64,000 nt of DNA from an uncultured Chloroflexia bacterium (GCA_963776545.1 CAVZND010000006.1:13565-77564), one strand, 5' to 3'. Counted from the stretch's first letter, positions 17,166 to 26,233 are shown. A program made the numbers and translations. Notes: generated from the letters alone by a model not told the origin.

Positions 17166-17996
17166 TCAGAGCGTGGTGTTCGCGACAGCGAGGTTGCGGG
17201 ACGTGACCGCGGCCAGGCGCATCGCCTGGGTCGGCGTGAGCCGCCCGCAGACGCGGTCCCAGTGGATCGCGACGTCGTCGCCCGGCCGCAGGACGTCGCC
17301 GAACCCGTCGCCGGCCGCGATCGACAGGCGCTCGAGGCGTGGCAAGCCGAGGCGGAGTCGCCCATCGACCAGCTCGAGTGGCGGGAGCTCCACGTCGAGC
17401 GCGTCGGCGGCCGTGGACGCCACCCGTCCCGGTCGGACGAGGCAGCGCTCCAGCACGCCGATGAGGTCCGGCGGGAGGCCGCCGCGGATCAGTCCGATGC
17501 GCGGCAGGATCTCCAGCACGTGGAAGCTGTGATGGACGGCCGACGGGCCGTCGGCCTTCGCCTCGAGCCAGCGCCACTCGCGCTGCGACGCACGCCCTCG
17601 GAACCGCTCGGTCAGGTCGTCGTGCCGCGCCCGGGGCCCCACGCGATCGAGGAGGTCGTTGCCGAGCCAGTACGCCTCGACGACGCGGGCGTCCAGCGGG
17701 TCGGCGATGTCGTTCTCCGAGGCGATGAGCTCCAGGTACGGGTACGCGCCCTCGAAGCCCCGCGCGATCCGCGACAGCTCCGGATCCGGTCGCCCGGCCC
17801 TCACCCGCTCGGGCAGCGTCAGGCCGGACTCCGGCCCGCACAGCCCGAGGCGGTTCGGCGGGAAGGCGAAGCGCGCGAACAGGAGCGGTCCCGGGAGCCA
17901 GCACCCCACGAGCCCGTCGCGGCCGCGCTCGACGCCGGGCGCGGCGGCGCCCTCGCGCTCAGCGCGGTCCACGGCTGGCGCAAGGGCGACGGTCAC
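17166..17996 (-). CDS. conserved-looking hypothetical protein (276 aa) at the end of the hydrogenase operon
   Basis: GTG at 17996 overlaps the DMT transporter stop (GTGA). Sequence includes FPPNRLGLCGP, FEGAYPYLELIASEN, VVEAYWLGNDLL. I cannot assign a characterised family. Confidence 0.6.
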   Translation of the reverse strand: MTVALAPAVDRAEREGAAAPGVERGRDGLVGCWLPGPLLFARFAFPPNRLGLCGPESGLTLPERVRAGRPDPELSRIARGFEGAYPYLELIASENDIADPLDARVVEAYWLGNDLLDRVGPRARHDDLTERFRGRASQREWRWLEAKADGPSAVHHSFHVLEILPRIGLIRGGLPPDLIGVLERCLVRPGRVASTAADALDVELPPLELVDGRLRLGLPRLERLSIAAGDGFGDVLRPGDDVAIHWDRVCGRLTPTQAMRLAAVTSRNLAVANTTL

Positions 17997-18934
17997 GCCG
18001 CGACCTCGCCCGTCGATCCGGTGCCCGGCAACGCCCGACGGCGACCGGCCGCCGTCAGGGCGACGAGTCCGACGCCGAGGGCCAGCAACGCGAGGCCGGC
18101 CACCGCGGTGGGCGCCGGGACGGTGCCCGCGCGGACCGAGGTCAGCGCCGCCGTGACGAGCGCGCCACCGACGAGGACCGAGGTCACGAGGCTCGCCGGG
18201 GCACGCTGCAGTGCGGCATACCAGGTCGTGACATAGCCGAGGAGCAGGACGCCGGTCGCGGCGACGATCGCCCACTGCCCCGCGGAGAACGCGGCGATGG
18301 CGCCCAGTCGACCCGACGCCACGAGGAACCCGACGATGATCACCGCGCCCAGCGCCATCCGGGCGGTCGTCGCGAGCCCGACGCTGACGCGATCCTCGCC
18401 CAGGAGTCGACGGGCGATGACGACCTCGGCCGACCAGAGCAGCGTGGCGGCCAGGATCATGATCTCGGCCGGTCCGACGCCGATCGAGCCGGTCGGCCCG
18501 ATAAGCATGACGCCGCCGAACAGCGCGATCAGCGCGATCACCTGGGCGAGCCCGAGCGATTCGCGCAGGAACACGACGGCCAGGCCGGCGACCCAGATGA
18601 AGAGGGTCTTGTGGATCAGCGCGGCTCCGGGTCCCGTCGCCTCGGCGAGCCCGCTGAAGAACAGGATGAACGGCACGCTCCCGCCGATGAGCGCGATGGC
18701 CGCGAGGCCCGCGGCGTCCGTCCGGCGCAGGGACGCCACCTCGCGGGCACCGCCCCGCGCGACCAGGAGCCCGAGCAGGACGAGGCCGACGAGCAGGTTG
18801 CGGGCGCCGGTCAGGGCGACGGGGTCGCTGAACTCCTTGACGACGAGCCCGTTGACGAAGATCGAGAGGCCGGAGATCGTGGCCGTGGCCGCGGCCAGCG
18901 CGATGCCCCATCCGGTCGTGCGCGGGATCGACAT
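17993..18934 (-). CDS. EamA/DMT-superfamily transporter
   Basis: 313 aa with ~10 hydrophobic helices in the duplicated EamA-like pattern. Confidence 0.75.
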   Translation of the reverse strand: MSIPRTTGWGIALAAATATISGLSIFVNGLVVKEFSDPVALTGARNLLVGLVLLGLLVARGGAREVASLRRTDAAGLAAIALIGGSVPFILFFSGLAEATGPGAALIHKTLFIWVAGLAVVFLRESLGLAQVIALIALFGGVMLIGPTGSIGVGPAEIMILAATLLWSAEVVIARRLLGEDRVSVGLATTARMALGAVIIVGFLVASGRLGAIAAFSAGQWAIVAATGVLLLGYVTTWYAALQRAPASLVTSVLVGGALVTAALTSVRAGTVPAPTAVAGLALLALGVGLVALTAAGRRRALPGTGSTGEVAA

Positions 18935-18943
18935 GATGTCCTC

Positions 18944-19192
18944 CTAGGGTGTGGATCGGTCAGCGGGAAGGACCTGCGTCCGCAGGGCCGGGGGTCGTTG
19001 GATCGCGTCGAGGGCCGCCTCGTCGTCCGGCGCGACACGCCCGAGGACGACCCCGAGGCCGACGAGGACGAGGTCACCCGGGACGAGGTCCGGGACCATC
19101 AGTGACAGTGCGTTGCGCCGGACCTCGCCGAGGTCGACGACGGCCATGCCATCCTCGACGGCGACGACCCGGCCGACGGTGGTCCGGCACAT
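18944..19192 (-). CDS. hypC: HypC/HupF-family hydrogenase assembly chaperone-like protein
   Basis: 82 aa. N-terminal Met-Cys (MCRTTVGRVVAV), then the DG.AVVD...GDLVLV...G pattern typical of HypC. Confidence 0.7.
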   Translation of the reverse strand: MCRTTVGRVVAVEDGMAVVDLGEVRRNALSLMVPDLVPGDLVLVGLGVVLGRVAPDDEAALDAIQRPPALRTQVLPADRSTP

Positions 19193-19195
19193 CGG

Positions 19196-19720
19196 TCAGG
19201 CCTCCCGACCCGGCGCGCGGGCCGCCGCGACCGGATCGGCCAGGCGATCGAGCGCCGAACCGATGGCCGTGCCGAACGCCGGCATCGCAGCACGGGCGGC
19301 GACCGACAATGCGGCGCCGTACCCGAACTCGCCGCCGGCGAGGCCGATGAAGCGGCCGTCGATGGGTCCGCCGCGCAGGATCGCCGCCAGGCGCACGACC
19401 AGGTCGATCGGCAGCTGATGCGACGAGCGCGGCGTGAACCCGGGCTGCTCGGTCAGTTCGTCGAGCGACAGCTCGACGATCGAGCCCGGCTCGACCCCGA
19501 CGACCGCGTCGAGGATGAGGCACGACCCGCCCGCGGGGAGCTCGACGAGGTCCTCGACGCGCAGCTCCAGGCAGCGCAGGACGTTCAGGCGCGCGAGCAG
19601 CTCGGCCGAGAGGGTCGGCATGAGCGCTGCGACCGTCGCGGCCGCGACGCCGTCGTCGCCGCGATCGGCATTCCCGCAGACGATGACCTGGACGAGGGGT
19701 TCGACGAGGGCTGTCGTCAT
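19196..19720 (-). CDS. hydrogenase maturation endopeptidase (HyaD/HycI/FrhD family)
   Basis: 174 aa from the ATG at 19720 (ATGA overlap with the large-subunit stop). Contains VIVCGNADRGDDGVA, ILDAV and SSHQLPI. Confidence 0.8.
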   Translation of the reverse strand: MTTALVEPLVQVIVCGNADRGDDGVAAATVAALMPTLSAELLARLNVLRCLELRVEDLVELPAGGSCLILDAVVGVEPGSIVELSLDELTEQPGFTPRSSHQLPIDLVVRLAAILRGGPIDGRFIGLAGGEFGYGAALSVAARAAMPAFGTAIGSALDRLADPVAAARAPGREA

Positions 19721-21033
19721 GGCGCGGCCTCGATCGTCAGGTCCAGGAAGTGGGTCGCGCACGAGATGCACGGGTCGTAGCTCCGGATCAGCTGCTCGAG
19801 CCGATGGGTCGCGACGTCGTGGGGCAGGTCGAGGATGGCCGGTGCGAACGCGGCCATGTCGGCCTCGATGGCGACCTGGTTCTGGCTCGTCGGCGGGACG
19901 ATGCTGGCGGTCGCGATCCGCCCGCGATCGTCGAGTTCGTAGTGATGGAACAGCAGGCCGCGCGGGGCTTCGGTCGCCCAGGCGGCCGTGCCAGGCCCCG
20001 GTGTCCACGGCTGGGCGGCGCGGTCCGGCTCGACGTAGCCGTCGACGATGTCCATGGCCTCGGCGACCGCGTGCACCAGCTCGATGGCCCGGGCGGCGAT
20101 GCTCCGATACGGGTTGCGCCGGATCGCATCGGCGAGACCGATCCGGTCGAGCGCGGCCCGCGCCTGGGGATGCAGCTGATCAGCCGCCAGGGTGATCCGG
20201 GCCGCCGGGCCGAGGAGGTACGGGACCCGATCGGGCATGCGCGCCTGGAGTGCGTGCGACCAGGGGACCTGCTCCTCGTGGAAGACCGCCTCCCAGTCGG
20301 TCGGGGCGAGATCGACGCCGTCGGACGACACGATCCGTCCGTCGTTCATCGGGTATTCGGACGGATGTCGCAATGAGACGAAGCGCTCGTCGCGCTCGAA
20401 GTCGGGTGTCGTGAACGTCGCGACCCAGTCGACCGTCTCGATGGCCCGCTTGAGGGAAGCCTCCAGGTCGCTTCGCAGGACCTCGAGCTCGCGCCTGGCG
20501 GGGACCTTCGAGAACCCGCCGACCCGGACGCTGACGGGATGGATGGGTCGGCCACCGAGGATCGCCACGATCCGGTTGCCGGTCTTCTTGAGGGCCAGGC
20601 CGCGCTCGACGGCCGCCTTGTCGAGGGCGGCGAGCTCGACGGCGTTGGCACAGCCGAGGAAGTCGGGCGCGTGCAGCAGGTAGAGGTGCAGCGCGTGGCT
20701 CTCGATCCATTCGCCGCAGTACAGCAGTCGACGCAGCGACCGCACCGAGGGCTCGATCGTCACCCCGGCCAGGTCCTCGAACGCGTGCACCGCGGACATC
20801 TGGTAGGCGACCGGGCAGATCCCGCAGATCCGCGCGACGATGTCGAGGACCTCGTCCGGCGTCCGGCCGACGACGAGTCGCTCGAAGTACCGCGGGGCCT
20901 CGAAGATCGCGAGCTGGGCCTCGTCGACCCGACCGTCGCGCACGACCAGGCGGAGCGAGCCCTCGCCTTCGACGCGGGTCAGCCCGGCGACCTCGAAGCG
21001 CCGCTCGACGCCCGTGACGTTGGTGCCATGCAT
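19717..21033 (-). CDS. hyhL: [NiFe] hydrogenase large subunit, cytoplasmic group 3 (3b-like)
   Basis: 438 aa. RVEGEG near the N-terminus, L1 motif RICGICPVAY, L2 motif DPCISCATH followed by a short cleavable tail FLDLTIEAAP. Confidence 0.9.
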   Translation of the reverse strand: MHGTNVTGVERRFEVAGLTRVEGEGSLRLVVRDGRVDEAQLAIFEAPRYFERLVVGRTPDEVLDIVARICGICPVAYQMSAVHAFEDLAGVTIEPSVRSLRRLLYCGEWIESHALHLYLLHAPDFLGCANAVELAALDKAAVERGLALKKTGNRIVAILGGRPIHPVSVRVGGFSKVPARRELEVLRSDLEASLKRAIETVDWVATFTTPDFERDERFVSLRHPSEYPMNDGRIVSSDGVDLAPTDWEAVFHEEQVPWSHALQARMPDRVPYLLGPAARITLAADQLHPQARAALDRIGLADAIRRNPYRSIAARAIELVHAVAEAMDIVDGYVEPDRAAQPWTPGPGTAAWATEAPRGLLFHHYELDDRGRIATASIVPPTSQNQVAIEADMAAFAPAILDLPHDVATHRLEQLIRSYDPCISCATHFLDLTIEAAP

Positions 21034-21863
21034 CAGGTCTTCCCTCCGCCCGGACCGGCGACCGGCGGCCCACCCAGGGCGTCGATGACCTCCCGGAATG
21101 GCCGGGCCGACGCGGTGAAGCCCGAGAAGAGCCGGGCGACGTCGGCGTCCGAGCGACCGTCACGTCCGAACCATCGGGCGAGACTGGCGGCGTTCGCCGC
21201 CTCGCGCGGCCCGAAGCATCCGTAGCAGCCGCGCGCGAAGGCCGGGCACAGGGCACCGCAGCCGGTCTGGGTCACCGGGCCCAGGCACGGCCCGGCCCCG
21301 GTCACGAGCACGCAGACCGTCCCGCGCCGCTTGCACTCGAGGCAGACCGATTCGTCCGGCAGCTGCGGCCGACGACCGACGACGAGCGCCGTCAGCAGCT
21401 CGAGCAGCTGGCCGGGGTCGATCGGGCAGCCGCGAAGCTCGGCGTCGACGGCGACATGGTCGGCGATCGGCGTTGACGTGGCGAGGGACTCGACGTATTC
21501 GGGATGCGCGTAGACCGCCGCCCGGTACGCATCGTGGTCGCCCCAGTTGCGGAGCGCCTGGATCCCGCCCGCGGTGGCGCAGGCGCCGATCGTCACGAGC
21601 AGGGGCGTCTCCTGTCGGATGCGCAGGATCTCCTCGGCCTGCTCGGGCGTGCTGATCGAGCCCTCGACCAGGACGATGTCGAACGGACCCGACGAGCGAT
21701 ACGAGGACGCCTCGGCGAACTCAACGAGGTCGAACCGCTGGAGCAGGTCGAGCAGGTTGTCCTCGAGGTCGAGCAACGTCAGTTGGCAACCGTCACACGA
21801 GGCGAACTTCATGACGCCCAGCCGTGGCCGCGACCGGATGCTGGCTCGGGCCGCGCCGGTCAT
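21033..21863 (-). CDS. hyhS: [NiFe] hydrogenase small subunit (NuoB-like), group 3
   Basis: 276 aa from the ATG at 21863 (TGATG junctions at both ends). Contains KFASCDGCQ, GACATAGG, and a C-terminal Cys-rich FeS region CLECKRRGTVC ... CGALCP ... GCYGC. Confidence 0.85.
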   Translation of the reverse strand: MTGAARASIRSRPRLGVMKFASCDGCQLTLLDLEDNLLDLLQRFDLVEFAEASSYRSSGPFDIVLVEGSISTPEQAEEILRIRQETPLLVTIGACATAGGIQALRNWGDHDAYRAAVYAHPEYVESLATSTPIADHVAVDAELRGCPIDPGQLLELLTALVVGRRPQLPDESVCLECKRRGTVCVLVTGAGPCLGPVTQTGCGALCPAFARGCYGCFGPREAANAASLARWFGRDGRSDADVARLFSGFTASARPFREVIDALGGPPVAGPGGGKT

Positions 21864-23866
21864 CAGAGCCCCTCTTGGCCGAAGGCCGGGCCGAGCTCCT
21901 CGAGCGAGAAGACCGGGCCGTCGCGGCAGACGAAGGCCTTGCCGAGCTGGCAATGGCCGCACAGCCCGACCCCGCACTCCATGTGCCGCTCGAGCGTGAC
22001 GAAGATTCGATCGTCGGTGACCCCGCGGTCACGGAGGACGCTGACGGTTGCCTCCATCATCCGTTCCGGGCCGCAGATGAACGCGACGGCGCCGGGACCG
22101 TCCAGATGGCCCTGATCGAAGAGACTCGTGACGACGCCGACGCGCCCGAACCAGTCCGGCCCGGCGCGGTCGACGATCTGCCCGACGTCCAGGTCGGGAC
22201 GGGCGGCGAGGTCGGATAGCTCCTCGACGTAAAGGCGGTCGGCCGGGCTCCTGGCGCCGTACAGCAGCCGGATCTCGCCGAACCGGATGCGATCGGCCAG
22301 CAGCGCGTCCATGAGCGGCCGCAGGGGTGCGAGGCCGATCCCACCCGTCACGACGACGACATCGTGGCCGGCGGCCGCATCGACCGGCCAGCCCCGGCCC
22401 ATCGGGCCGCGCAGGCCGAGCGAGTCGCCGCGGCGGAGGCCGCACAGCGCTCGGGTGGCGGCCCCGGCTGCGCGGATCGTCAATTCGAGACCGTCCGGGT
22501 GGAACCTCGAGACGGAGATGGGCGCGGCCGAGAAGGCCGGCAGCGCGGCCATCACGAATTGGCCGGGCCGGCCCGCTCGGAGTGCCGGATCGTCGGTCTC
22601 GAGCCGCAGGGTGACCGTGTCGTGCGTCTCGCGCCGGTGTTCGACGACGAAGGCCCGCGCGTAGGTCGGCGGCGGCTCGGCCGGGTCGGGCAGGGCCACC
22701 GACGCGAGCTGGAAGGCCGGACTCGGGTCGAGCCGGATCGGCTCCACGTCGGCGTCGGGCGGCGGTGCCACCGCCAGCAGCTCCTCGCGGACGTCGATGC
22801 CGACCGGGCACCACGTGATGCAGCGGCCACAACCGACGCAGCCGGACATCCCGAACTGATCCCACCACGTGCCGAACTTGTGCGTCAGCCACTGCCGGTA
22901 CCGGTCCTGCACGCGCGGGCGGAAGTTCCCGCCGGCCACGCGGGCGAACCCGAGCGTGAAGCAGCTGTCCCAGGTCCGCTCGGCCACGGCGTCGATGCCG
23001 TCGAGGTCCGAGACCTGGGTGACCCCGGTGCAGAAGCAGGTCGGACAGACGAGCGTGCAGTTGGCACAGGCGAGGCAGCGCTCGGCGATCTCCGCCCAGC
23101 GCGGGCTGTCCGCCGCGGCGATGAGCCGAGCCGGGAGTCCCGCGGTCGGGACCGGGTCGCCGATCCGATCGCGCGCGGCCGCGACGGCGCCGCTGGCCTC
23201 GGACCGTTGCCCCTCGCTGGCGGGCGACAGGTCGAGGCGTGCCAGCAGGTCGTCACCGGCGGCCGAGCCGGCACGGACGACGAACCCGTCGTCGAGCTCG
23301 GTCATCGCGAGGTCGAACCCGGTCGTCACTTCCGGGCCGGTGCCCATGGACGTGCAGAAGCACGTGTCGGCGGGCGTCACGCACTCGACCGCCACGATGA
23401 AGGCTGCCGCCCGTCGGGCCGTGTAGTCGCGGTCGATGGCCGGTCCGTGCGCGAGGACGGCATCCTGTGTCAGCAGCGCGGCGATCTCGCATCCTCGGAC
23501 ACCGAGGAATGCCACCGGTGGGACCGGTGGCATCGCGTCCTCGAAGGTGGCCTGACCCTCGACCCGTCGGCCGAGGGTGATCGGAACGCGGGGCGGGAAT
23601 GTCTCCTGTTTCCAGGCCGTCGGACCGACCGCGTAGTCGAATTGGCGCTCCGTCCCCGTCTGCCGGAGCCGGTACGTGCCGGGCGCCTGGTCGGCCGTCC
23701 AGCCGGCAGGCAGTTCGGCCGACGACCGGATCTCCGCGTAGACGATGGCGCCGCCGCTGGCCGTCGGCCCGATGATCCGCCGGCCGTCTTCGGCGAGCAG
23801 GTCGAGCAGGTGGTCGAGGTCGCTCCGCGGCAGGAAGCCCGGGGCGGCACGGACGTCGGTCACCAT
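21863..23866 (-). CDS. fused hydrogenase beta-gamma diaphorase subunit (AsrA/HydB-like 4Fe-4S domain plus HydG/AsrB-like FAD/NAD(P)-binding domain with C-terminal 2Fe-2S)
   Basis: 667 aa. Contains CLACANCTLVCPTCFC and CVGCGRCITWCP, then a PyrK-like half with VVVTGGIGLAPL and CGVGLCGHCQ. Confidence 0.85.
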   Translation of the reverse strand: MVTDVRAAPGFLPRSDLDHLLDLLAEDGRRIIGPTASGGAIVYAEIRSSAELPAGWTADQAPGTYRLRQTGTERQFDYAVGPTAWKQETFPPRVPITLGRRVEGQATFEDAMPPVPPVAFLGVRGCEIAALLTQDAVLAHGPAIDRDYTARRAAAFIVAVECVTPADTCFCTSMGTGPEVTTGFDLAMTELDDGFVVRAGSAAGDDLLARLDLSPASEGQRSEASGAVAAARDRIGDPVPTAGLPARLIAAADSPRWAEIAERCLACANCTLVCPTCFCTGVTQVSDLDGIDAVAERTWDSCFTLGFARVAGGNFRPRVQDRYRQWLTHKFGTWWDQFGMSGCVGCGRCITWCPVGIDVREELLAVAPPPDADVEPIRLDPSPAFQLASVALPDPAEPPPTYARAFVVEHRRETHDTVTLRLETDDPALRAGRPGQFVMAALPAFSAAPISVSRFHPDGLELTIRAAGAATRALCGLRRGDSLGLRGPMGRGWPVDAAAGHDVVVVTGGIGLAPLRPLMDALLADRIRFGEIRLLYGARSPADRLYVEELSDLAARPDLDVGQIVDRAGPDWFGRVGVVTSLFDQGHLDGPGAVAFICGPERMMEATVSVLRDRGVTDDRIFVTLERHMECGVGLCGHCQLGKAFVCRDGPVFSLEELGPAFGQEGL

Positions 23867-24339
23867 GGTTCATCGACCGGATGGGAGAAAAGGTCGAGGA
23901 GCTGCATGCGGGTGGCGACGAGGCGGCTCGCCAGGGCGGCCAGCAGCGATCGGTAGACGGCCGCGGCGAGGACCGGATCGGCATCGAGCTCGGCCCGCAG
24001 GGCATCGCCATCGAGCAGGGCGAGCTCGGTCGGCGCGAGCGCGACCACGGTCGAGGTGGCTCGGTGCGGTGGCACGACCACCGACCATCCGATGATGTCT
24101 CCCTCCTCGACGGTCAGGATGGAGGTCGCGCCGCGCTCCGGGACACGGAGGCGCAGCGCCACCCGGCCCCGGATGACGATGCCGAGGTCGCGGGTGGGAT
24201 CGCCCTCGCGCAGGATCTCGGTTCCGGCCGCATACGACGCCGTGCGGATGAGCGCGTCCAGCCTCGCCACCGCCGCCTCGGGCAGGCTCGCCCCGAACGA
24301 TGTGCCGCGCAGCGACGCGGACTGCCTTCCGTCGATCAT
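23860..24339 (-). CDS. stand-alone cyclic-nucleotide-binding (cNMP/Crp-type effector) domain protein
   Basis: ATG at 24339 is preceded by GGAAAGG. Beta-roll sequence GTEILREGDPTRDLGIVIRGRVAL...EEGDIIGWS. No HTH follows. The stop overlaps the start of the beta-gamma gene by 7 nt. Confidence 0.75.
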   Translation of the reverse strand: MIDGRQSASLRGTSFGASLPEAAVARLDALIRTASYAAGTEILREGDPTRDLGIVIRGRVALRLRVPERGATSILTVEEGDIIGWSVVVPPHRATSTVVALAPTELALLDGDALRAELDADPVLAAAVYRSLLAALASRLVATRMQLLDLFSHPVDEPW

Positions 24340-24573
24340 CGGGGACACCCTTTCCTTGTGACCCAACGGTAGGGACGGACCGCGCAGGGGTTCTCATGCC
24401 GTTCGGCCCGAAAACTCGGCCAGACGTCACAAGCGCGACACGACGCGCCAGTCCGCGGGCCGGATGGCCCCCGATGTGGTGACCGGGGACCGATGTACGC
24501 GCCGGTCGTCTGACGCACGCTCATCGAGGACTCGACACATGGTCGTGCCCATCGTGAAAGGAGCGGAGTCGCC

Positions 24574-24975
24574 ATGAAGCGGATCCTGCTGGCCTATGAC
24601 GGCACCGAACCGGCGCGTAGAGCGCTCGAGACGGCCGCCGACCTGGCCAAGAAGTACGAAGCGAGCGTGACCGTCGTGAGCGTCGTCCCGGTGCATCCAG
24701 GCCGCGCCCCGATCGATCCTTGGGATGACGTCGAGGTCCACGACGCCCAGCTGCGTGAGGCCGACCTGGCGCTTCGGGCGCTCGGCATCGAAGCCAAGCT
24801 GCTGGAGCCCGCCGGAGATCCGGCATCGTCCATCGAGCGGGTGGCTGCCAAGGGCGAATTCGACATGATCGTCATCGGAGCCCGGGGTCTCAGCACGATC
24901 GGGCGGATGCTGCAGGGCAGCGTCTCGGCCCACGTGGCGACCCACGCCCAGACCGACGTCGTCATCGTCCGCTGA
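24574..24975 (+). CDS. universal stress protein (UspA family)
   Basis: 133 aa. Reads ILLAYDGTEPARRAL ... MIVIGARGLS...GSVS..V......DVVIV. SD is AAAGGAG. Confidence 0.85.
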   Translation: MKRILLAYDGTEPARRALETAADLAKKYEASVTVVSVVPVHPGRAPIDPWDDVEVHDAQLREADLALRALGIEAKLLEPAGDPASSIERVAAKGEFDMIVIGARGLSTIGRMLQGSVSAHVATHAQTDVVIVR

Positions 24976-25022
24976 CGAGTCCCGAGGGGGCGGGCGGACG
25001 GCGTCGACCGAGACCGGACGGC

Positions 25023-25038
25023 CATACGCAATCGTATG
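25023..25038. promoter_or_regulatory. inverted repeat CATACG-N4-CGTATG upstream of the LacI-family gene (candidate auto-operator)
   Basis: Perfect 6-bp arms lie 29 nt upstream of the 25067 start. CATACG half-sites recur at 28370-28390. Confidence 0.35.
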
Positions 25039-25066
25039 ACCGCATCGGAGTGCTACGCTTTGGCCC

Positions 25067-26218
25067 ATGGGAGCGGAGCAGGGCGGCGACGCCGTTTCGG
25101 GCGGGTCGACGGATACCGACGAGCGCCCGGGATCGGCCGGCCGGCGGGCCCCGTCGGTCACGACCATGCGCGACATCGCGGCCGCCGCCGGCGTCTCGCA
25201 GAGCACGGTGTCGCGCGTCCTCAATGACGTCTCCACGAGGGTCCCGATCGCGCCCGAGACGCGCGAGCGCGTCATCCTGACGGCGCGCCGGCTGGGGTAC
25301 CGTCCGAACCCGCTCGCGCGCGGCCTGCGAGGCGCGCCGACGATGCTGCTCGGGGCCGTGGTCCGGGACTTCAGCGACCCCTTCTTCGCCGGGGCGATCG
25401 AGACGCTCGCGGTCGAGGCGATGGGGAGCGGCTACAACGTCGTCCTCGGCCACGCGCACGGCCGGCTCGAGGAGGAGATCTCGTTGCCGGCGGTCATCGA
25501 GACCCGGCACTGCGACGCGATCGTGATGCTCGGCGACATGCAGGACCAGCCCCGCCTGCTCGAGGACCTCCGGAACTCGATGGTGCCCGTGGTCGCGCTC
25601 TGGCAGGGTTCGAGTCCGCTGGAGTTCCCGACGGTCGACGTGGACAACCATGCCGGCATCTTCGCCGGGCTGGAACACCTGGTCGGGTTGGGCCACGAGC
25701 GGATCGCCTTCGTCAGCGGGCAGCTGCCGGGTGACAACCCGCAGCGTCTCGACGCGTTCGTCGAGTTCATGACCGACCGGTTCGGGGGCGTCCGCCAGGG
25801 CTACATCCAGCACGTCCCCAATTCCATGGCCGGCGGCGAGGCGGCCCTGGCGGCCCTGCTCGAATTGGCGGACGCGCCGACCGCGCTCGTGACGTCGACG
25901 GACCTCGTGGCTGTCGGCGTCCTCCACGCCGCCTACAGCCGCAACCGGGTCGTGCCCGACGAGCTTTCGGTCGTCGGATACGACGACATCCCGATCGCCG
26001 CCCACACGGTGCCCGCCCTGACCACGCTCCGGATGCCGATCCCGGAGGTGACCGGCGAGGGGGTCCGGCTCGCCATCCAGTTCGCTCGCGATGCGTCGCT
26101 CGAGCAGGAGGCGAACGTGACTCTCTTCGAGCCGACCCTCGTCGTTCGGCAGTCGACGGCGCCGCCCGCGACATCTGCCCGGAGGGTCGCGCAGCGCGCC
26201 TCGGCGCCGGTCGCCTGA
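25067..26218 (+). CDS. LacI-family transcriptional regulator
   Basis: HTH TMRDIAAAAGVSQSTVSRVLN, then a periplasmic-binding-like sugar domain. An alternative start lies near 25166. Confidence 0.85.
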   Translation: MGAEQGGDAVSGGSTDTDERPGSAGRRAPSVTTMRDIAAAAGVSQSTVSRVLNDVSTRVPIAPETRERVILTARRLGYRPNPLARGLRGAPTMLLGAVVRDFSDPFFAGAIETLAVEAMGSGYNVVLGHAHGRLEEEISLPAVIETRHCDAIVMLGDMQDQPRLLEDLRNSMVPVVALWQGSSPLEFPTVDVDNHAGIFAGLEHLVGLGHERIAFVSGQLPGDNPQRLDAFVEFMTDRFGGVRQGYIQHVPNSMAGGEAALAALLELADAPTALVTSTDLVAVGVLHAAYSRNRVVPDELSVVGYDDIPIAAHTVPALTTLRMPIPEVTGEGVRLAIQFARDASLEQEANVTLFEPTLVVRQSTAPPATSARRVAQRASAPVA

Positions 26219-26233
26219 CCTCCTCGCGCCGGG

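Noticed and set aside
24426-24441. CRP-like half-sites GTCACAAGCGCGACAC in the hydrogenase/USP divergent region, of interest because of the adjacent cNMP-domain gene.
   Set aside because: On the opposite strand this reads GTGTC-N6-GTGAC, a direct repeat rather than the inverted TGTGA-N6-TCACA. The cNMP protein also lacks a DNA-binding domain.
24427-25275. 282-aa minus-strand ORF overlapping the USP gene and the LacI upstream region.
   Set aside because: It has no motifs and is antisense to a well-supported USP gene with a strong SD. It is a shadow ORF.
25607-25617. tRNA T-arm-like string GGTTCGAGTCC.
   Set aside because: It lies inside the LacI-family coding frame. No acceptor or anticodon stems can be drawn around it.
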